Of a stretch of 64,000 bases of DNA, positions 58,712-64,000 are shown piece by piece. The translations under genes and the position numbers were made by a program. The notes under the pieces are model-generated. The model was not told the origin of the DNA, ran no database searches, and was given only the letters and a program-made list of their open reading frames with translations. Source of the DNA: a bacterium (GTDB lineage Bacteria; RBG-13-61-14; DATKZS01); assembly GCA_963674965.2 (NCBI GenBank), contig CAXXFL010000006.1:512001-576000 (forward strand), read 5' to 3'. Position 1 is the first letter of the stretch; each line of letters begins with the position of its first letter.

Positions 58712-61438
58712 ATGGAAAAAATATCTGAACGAAACTGGCATGCTCTTTCCGCCGATGAGGTTATAAATACTTTCGAAACCAACGTCGCCAACGGTCTGGC
58801 CGGCGATGAGGCTTATAAACGCCTTGAATTATTCGGACCGAACGATCTGACCAAGAAAAAGGGGCAAGGCCCGATAATCCGTTTTCTTCTTCAGTTCAAT
58901 CAGCCACTTGTAATTATTCTCCTCGTCGCGACGGTGGTCACTTTCGTTCTTGGCGAATACGTCGATTCGGCGGTCATATTCGCGGTGGTTCTGGTCAACG
59001 CGATAATCGGCTTTATCCAGGAGTCCAAGGCCCTCAAGGCGATCGAGGCTCTGGCCAAAGCCATGACCAGCGAGACCACGGTAATGCGTGACGGCGAGCG
59101 ACGCCGATTGAATTCCAAGTCCCTGGTTCCAGGCGATATCGTGATTCTTCAGTCTGGGGACAAAGTTCCGGCGGACCTCAGGCTAATCAGGACTCGCGAA
59201 CTTCAGGTGGACGAGAGCGCGCTGACGGGCGAGAGCGTGCCCGTCCAGAAGGAGCAGACCGTTCTGGACGCCGAGATGGGAGTCGGCGACCGGCGCAACA
59301 TGGCCTATTCTTCAACGCTGGTTACCTACGGCGGCGGACAGGGAGTAGTCGTTTCCACGGGTGACGACACGGAGATAGGCAAAATCAACGAACTGATCGC
59401 GTCGGCGGACGTTCTCGAGACCCCTCTTACCCAGAAAATCCACCACTTTTCCAATATCCTTCTGTACGCGATCATGGGCATGGCCATCCTTACCTTCGTG
59501 GTGGGGTTCCTTCGCGGGCAGGACTGGGTGGAAATGTTCATGGCCTCAGTGGCGCTCGCCGTGGGAGCCATACCGGAGGGACTGCCCGCGGCCATCACCA
59601 TAACCCTGGCTATCGGCGTATCCAGAATGGCGAAAAGAAACGCCATTATCAGGAAACTTCCCGCCGTCGAAACCTTGGGCTCGACCATGATTATTTGCTC
59701 CGACAAGACCGGCACTCTTACCCAAAACCAGATGACCGTACAGGACATGGTGGCCGGGGGGGCAAGATACTCGGTAAGTGGGGTGGGCTACGCGCCGGCG
59801 GGAGAAATTCTGGAGGACCAAAAGAAAGCGGACCCGGAAAAGAACCTCGCCCTGCGCGAGTTGCTTATTGCCGGGGCGCTGTGCAATGATTCGTCCATCG
59901 ACGAGACCGACGAAGGCTGGAGGGTCGCGGGGGACCCCACGGAGGGAGCTCTAATAACGTCAGCCATGAAAGCCGGCTTCACTCCCAAGGAATTGGCAAC
60001 CCAACTTCCACGCCTTGACTCTATCCCCTTCGAGTCCGAGCGCCAATACATGGCAACCCTCCACGACCAGGGCGAGGGCAAGCCCAGGATCATCTACGTT
60101 AAGGGGTCCATCGAGAGCATTTGCGTGGAATGCAACGTGACTTTCGGTCCAGACGGTTCCTCACATATCCCGGGCAAGGGCCAGGTGACCGAATGGGTGG
60201 AGTCCATGGCCGACAAAGGACTCAGGGTACTGGCCTTCGCCAGAAAGGAGGTCGGTCCCGAGACAAATGAGATCACTCACGCCGACGTCGAGCAAGGGAT
60301 AGAGTTTATCGGTCTCCAGGGCATGATCGATCCTCCCCGACCCGAGGCCATCGAGGCCGTAAAAGCCTGCCAAGCGGCCGGCATCAGAGTAAAAATGATT
60401 ACGGGGGACCACGCCGGCACGGCCGCCGCCATCGCCAGGCAGATTGGGCTTTGCGGGGAAAGCTGCTCATATCACTCCCGCGAGGTCCTGACCGGCAAGG
60501 ACGTGGCGAGCCTACAAGACGAGGAACTCGTGGAACAGGCAGACCGCACGGCCGTCTTCGCCAGGGTCTCTCCCGAGCAGAAGCTCCGCCTGGTGGAGGC
60601 GTTGCAGAAGAGACGCTACGTGGTGGCCATGACTGGAGACGGCGTCAACGACGCTCCGGCGCTGCGGCAAGCCAACATTGGCGTGGCCATGGGCGTCACG
60701 GGCACCGAAGTATCGAAGGAATCGGCCGATATGGTCCTCACGGACGACAACTTCGTCACCATCAAGGCGGCCGTTGAGGAGGGCCGCGGAGTATTCGACA
60801 ATCTCATTAAATTCATAACCTGGACCCTTCCCACCAACGGCGGTGAAGGACTGGTGATTTTAACCGCCATCTTCCTCGGCGCCAAGTTGCCAATACTTCC
60901 GCTCCAGATACTCTGGATCAACATGAGTACCGCCCTGCTTTTAGGGCTGATGCTGGCCTTCGAGCCGAAAGAACCCGGCATTATGACCCGACCTCCAAGG
61001 AACCCGGACACGCCAATCCTCACCAGGACTCTGATCATGAGGGTTGTTCTGGTGAGCGTTCTTCTCGTTATTGGGGCATTTGGCCTGTTCAAGCTTGAAA
61101 TGGCCCTGCGGGGAGCCAGCGAGGACCTGGCAAGGACCTTGGCGGTCAACGTCTTCGTCTTCGGGGAGATGTTCTACCTGTTCAATTGCCGGTCCATTAC
61201 CAAACCCTTCTGGTCCCTGGGGATTTTCAGCAACAAGTTCCTTTGGGGCGGCGTGGCGATAATGGCCATGCTCCAGGTGGCCTATACTTATATCCCTGCC
61301 TTTAACGGCGTTTTCCAGAGCGAGCCCATGGGGCACGTTGAATGGCTCCTGGTGATAGGCAACAGTTTGCTGATTTTCATCATCGTGGAGGTCGAGAAAT
61401 GGGTGAGAAGATCGAGAGGCCAAAACCCCATAGCCTGA
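58712..61438 (+). CDS. Cation-transporting P-type ATPase (type IIA-like)
   Basis: LTGES, IPEGL, DKTGTLT, MITGD, TGDGVND and QILWIN. Confidence 0.95.
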   Translation: MEKISERNWHALSADEVINTFETNVANGLAGDEAYKRLELFGPNDLTKKKGQGPIIRFLLQFNQPLVIILLVATVVTFVLGEYVDSAVIFAVVLVNAIIGFIQESKALKAIEALAKAMTSETTVMRDGERRRLNSKSLVPGDIVILQSGDKVPADLRLIRTRELQVDESALTGESVPVQKEQTVLDAEMGVGDRRNMAYSSTLVTYGGGQGVVVSTGDDTEIGKINELIASADVLETPLTQKIHHFSNILLYAIMGMAILTFVVGFLRGQDWVEMFMASVALAVGAIPEGLPAAITITLAIGVSRMAKRNAIIRKLPAVETLGSTMIICSDKTGTLTQNQMTVQDMVAGGARYSVSGVGYAPAGEILEDQKKADPEKNLALRELLIAGALCNDSSIDETDEGWRVAGDPTEGALITSAMKAGFTPKELATQLPRLDSIPFESERQYMATLHDQGEGKPRIIYVKGSIESICVECNVTFGPDGSSHIPGKGQVTEWVESMADKGLRVLAFARKEVGPETNEITHADVEQGIEFIGLQGMIDPPRPEAIEAVKACQAAGIRVKMITGDHAGTAAAIARQIGLCGESCSYHSREVLTGKDVASLQDEELVEQADRTAVFARVSPEQKLRLVEALQKRRYVVAMTGDGVNDAPALRQANIGVAMGVTGTEVSKESADMVLTDDNFVTIKAAVEEGRGVFDNLIKFITWTLPTNGGEGLVILTAIFLGAKLPILPLQILWINMSTALLLGLMLAFEPKEPGIMTRPPRNPDTPILTRTLIMRVVLVSVLLVIGAFGLFKLEMALRGASEDLARTLAVNVFVFGEMFYLFNCRSITKPFWSLGIFSNKFLWGGVAIMAMLQVAYTYIPAFNGVFQSEPMGHVEWLLVIGNSLLIFIIVEVEKWVRRSRGQNPIA

Positions 61439-61519
61439 ACAGTGGAGCCTGAAAGCCGCTTGTCTTTAAAAAGTTCTTGGAATACAATTAAGCAATAAAT
61501 TATCCCCAAGGAGAGCGTA

Positions 61520-62416
61520 ATGAAGAAGTACAATAAAATTCTCGTTGCAATTAATCTTGAAGACGAAGATTATTCGTCAACGAAATTCGCGGCCAGGCTG
61601 AGTCATATGGCCGAGTCCCAGGAAGTACATTTTTTCCATGTAACCGATGAACTCGACCTTCCAGAAAGCCTATGCTCCGCCGTGGAGGGAAATACCGGTT
61701 GCGACGCCGTCACCGCCGCCATGAAGGATCGGGTGGAAAAAAACTGGGACGGCTTTGCCAAAACCAGGCTCTCCTTTGACGCGTCCGACGGCGACCTCCT
61801 CAGGGACGCGCTAGCTTACATTAAAAAACAAGAAATGGACGTGGTCATAGTCGAGAAAGTCTGCGGGGGGTCCAAAATACCGGAGAGGCTGGCCAGGAAA
61901 GCCCCCTGCTCAACGCTGCTTGTCCCTCCCGGATCGGAGCCGTCTTTTAAAAACATCTTTGTGGCCATTGACTTCTCCGATCACAGCCGAGAGGCACTCA
62001 CGAGCGCGCTGGCCTACGCGAAGGCCTCGGGGGCCGGCAAGTTAACCTGCGTTCACGTTTATTCCGTTCCCATGGGCTATCACCGGAGCGGAAGGACCCA
62101 CGAGGAGTTCTCGGACATTCTAAAGAAGAACGCGGCCGAAGAGTTCGATAAACTGATGAAATCTTTGGACCCCGGAGACGTTAAAGTCGAGTTGATCGTC
62201 GAGATGAACGAACGCCCCTACCAGGGCATCATCGATATTGTCCGCTCCAACGACGCGGACCTTTTGGTGGTCGGCTCTCGCGGCAGAAGCAAAACCGCGG
62301 CGATACTGTTGGGATCGGTAACCGAGCGTCTGATAGAGGCCTGTAACGTTCCCGTCTTGACCATCAAGAAAAAGGGACAGGGACTTTCGATCCTGGAGGC
62401 CATGTTCGACCTCTGA
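61520..62416 (+). CDS. Tandem universal stress protein
   Basis: Two USP domains (KILVAI; NIFVAIDFS...DLLVVGSRG...LLGSVTE...PVL). Confidence 0.9.
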   Translation: MKKYNKILVAINLEDEDYSSTKFAARLSHMAESQEVHFFHVTDELDLPESLCSAVEGNTGCDAVTAAMKDRVEKNWDGFAKTRLSFDASDGDLLRDALAYIKKQEMDVVIVEKVCGGSKIPERLARKAPCSTLLVPPGSEPSFKNIFVAIDFSDHSREALTSALAYAKASGAGKLTCVHVYSVPMGYHRSGRTHEEFSDILKKNAAEEFDKLMKSLDPGDVKVELIVEMNERPYQGIIDIVRSNDADLLVVGSRGRSKTAAILLGSVTERLIEACNVPVLTIKKKGQGLSILEAMFDL

Positions 62417-62508
62417 TCGGTCGATCCCGGCGGGACCCTGGAGGACTTGCTTTCAAGAAGGTCATCGAAAGCTTTGACAAGATAATCATTTCTTTCCTCC
62501 TGGGACTG

Positions 62509-62931
62509 ATGATGGTGGCCGTATTCGTGGCCACCATCGAACTGGCCTGTACCCTTTTCAAAGAGTTGATGAAGCCGCCCCTGTTGCTGCTTAACATCAG
62601 CGAGATGCTGGAGGTCTTCGGCTTCTTTCTTATGGTCCTAATTGGCCTCGAGCTGTTCGAGACCATCAGGTCCTATCCCAGGGAGAAGCGTATCCACGCG
62701 GAGGTGGTAATTCTTGTGGCCATCGTGGCGGTCTCCAGAAAGGTTATTATAATCGAGTACAAGGAAACTACTCCGGGGATGCTCTATGGAATCTCCGCCA
62801 TCATTATCGCTCTTGGCATTGCCTATTTCCTCATAAGGAAAGCACTCGACTTTAAAGTCGCGGACGCGACGGGACCTTCCTCGCGCCCCGAGGGAAAAAA
62901 ACAAGAAGGCGGCCGGGAAAATAACAAATAA
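62509..62931 (+). CDS. Phosphate-starvation-inducible PsiE-family membrane protein (start uncertain)
   Basis: LIGLELFETI..Y...EVVILVAIVAVSRKVII motif. Confidence 0.75.
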   Translation: MMVAVFVATIELACTLFKELMKPPLLLLNISEMLEVFGFFLMVLIGLELFETIRSYPREKRIHAEVVILVAIVAVSRKVIIIEYKETTPGMLYGISAIIIALGIAYFLIRKALDFKVADATGPSSRPEGKKQEGGRENNK

Positions 62932-63188
62932 ATCCTTGCCGGCGGCGGGGCGGCCTATTGATATCAAGGCTTTTGGCGGGGTTGTTAACCTTCATTAACC
63001 TATCCATTATTACCATGCCTCGTGACAAAGAACTTCAACGGACTCAGTTTGTACTTGCCAATTGAGCCGGCCATGACGCTTGGGCTTTCGTATAGTAAAA
63101 GAAGACATGGCGAGATGAAACATATTTTTTCCGACCTTTTCCTTATTTCCCCTTGCGGACGCTGCAATCATTATTGGATAGCGCTCTT

Positions 63189-64000
63189 TCACGCCGCGGG
63201 ACCGACCCCGATATTCTCCCGGTAATAGGGCGACTGCCGGAGCATGTACCAGCGAGCGACGGGGCTAAACAACGCGGCCAGGTGGCGGGCGAGGCCAAGT
63301 TCCTTTTTAACGGCGCTCAGGTAGTCGTCATAAGTATGGTTCTGGTACCTCAGCAGTTCCTGGCTTTCCTCGGTGTCATACCAGTCAAAGTAGCGGTGCT
63401 CATCGGTAAAGGCCTCCGCCGGCATTTCTCCCAGTCCCAACTCTTTCATGCTTTTGCCTATCATTTCCCCATAGGTCATCTGGCAGCGCGTACCGCCGGC
63501 GACGATCAGCCGCTTTCCCGCAGCCTCTTTGCTACCGGCCGCGTTGGCGCAGGCGGTCCCCACGTCCCGTGTGTGGGTGAACTCGATGCGGTTGTCCAAA
63601 GGCACGTCGAACATCTCCGGAGTCATGCGTACGCCCAGGGCGGGAATGGCCGAGAAACGCAGGATCACCCACTCGAGACCGGAGCCCGTCACCAGTTCCT
63701 CGCATTTCATTTTATGGTCCGTGTAATGGTCGCTCACGGTGACCGGATCGTCCACCTTGACGGGAGGTTCCCGGTCGTGGGTGAACCCGTAAAGGGAGAC
63801 GCTGGAGGCAAAGACCAATCGGGGAGGCGCGTCCATCTTTTTCGCGGCCTCGACCACGTTTCGGGTCCCGCCCACGTTGATCTCCTCGGCCCATTCCGGG
63901 TGGTCCTCACTGGACCTGCCCGAGCGGCTGATGGCGGAGGGAATGATAAAGGCAAGATGGATGACCGCGTCTCGCCCTTCCATCGCCTTCTCAACGTCCT
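63189..64000 (-). CDS. NAD-dependent epimerase/dehydratase family, partial (N-terminus outside the window)
   Basis: DAVIHLA, NVGGT, FASSVSLYG, YTDHK (YxxxK) and HTRDV. Confidence 0.85.
   Translation of the reverse strand, partial: DVEKAMEGRDAVIHLAFIIPSAISRSGRSSEDHPEWAEEINVGGTRNVVEAAKKMDAPPRLVFASSVSLYGFTHDREPPVKVDDPVTVSDHYTDHKMKCEELVTGSGLEWVILRFSAIPALGVRMTPEMFDVPLDNRIEFTHTRDVGTACANAAGSKEAAGKRLIVAGGTRCQMTYGEMIGKSMKELGLGEMPAEAFTDEHRYFDWYDTEESQELLRYQNHTYDDYLSAVKKELGLARHLAALFSPVARWYMLRQSPYYRENIGVGPAA

Noticed and set aside
63010-63225. Short ORFs between psiE and the epimerase
   Set aside because: No RBS or motif support; probably non-coding.

Overview
GC-rich bacterial window whose gene content points to an anaerobic deltaproteobacterium-like organism (inference from Hdr/Mvh genes, sigma-54 control, a TIGR02266-type PilZ protein and selenocysteine use). 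In order it holds: a sigma-54-type operon (Trx-receiver fusion, HdrD-like, HdrA/HdrL-like, MvhD, FdhB/FrhB-like); lnt; an AT-rich pentapeptide-repeat/K+-channel gene split by a complete ISL3-family element; gabD; a TPR/Opp cluster with a fused OppB-OppC permease and an acidic disordered protein; a PAS hybrid kinase; argC; PilZ and acyl-CoA dehydrogenase genes; a redox cluster around a PAS sigma-54 activator (two NifB/NifX-family genes, a CGGC protein, a small 4-Cys protein, and an NADH oxidase-family flavoprotein with an in-frame UGA plus SECIS-like hairpin, so a probable selenoprotein that the ORF track truncates); pyruvate carboxylase A/B; a REP-like palindrome; a 4306-aa secreted modular protein with a C13-like protease domain; and P-type ATPase, USP and PsiE genes. 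No rRNA, tRNA or CRISPR array was seen. All family calls are by-eye motif recognition, not database searches.
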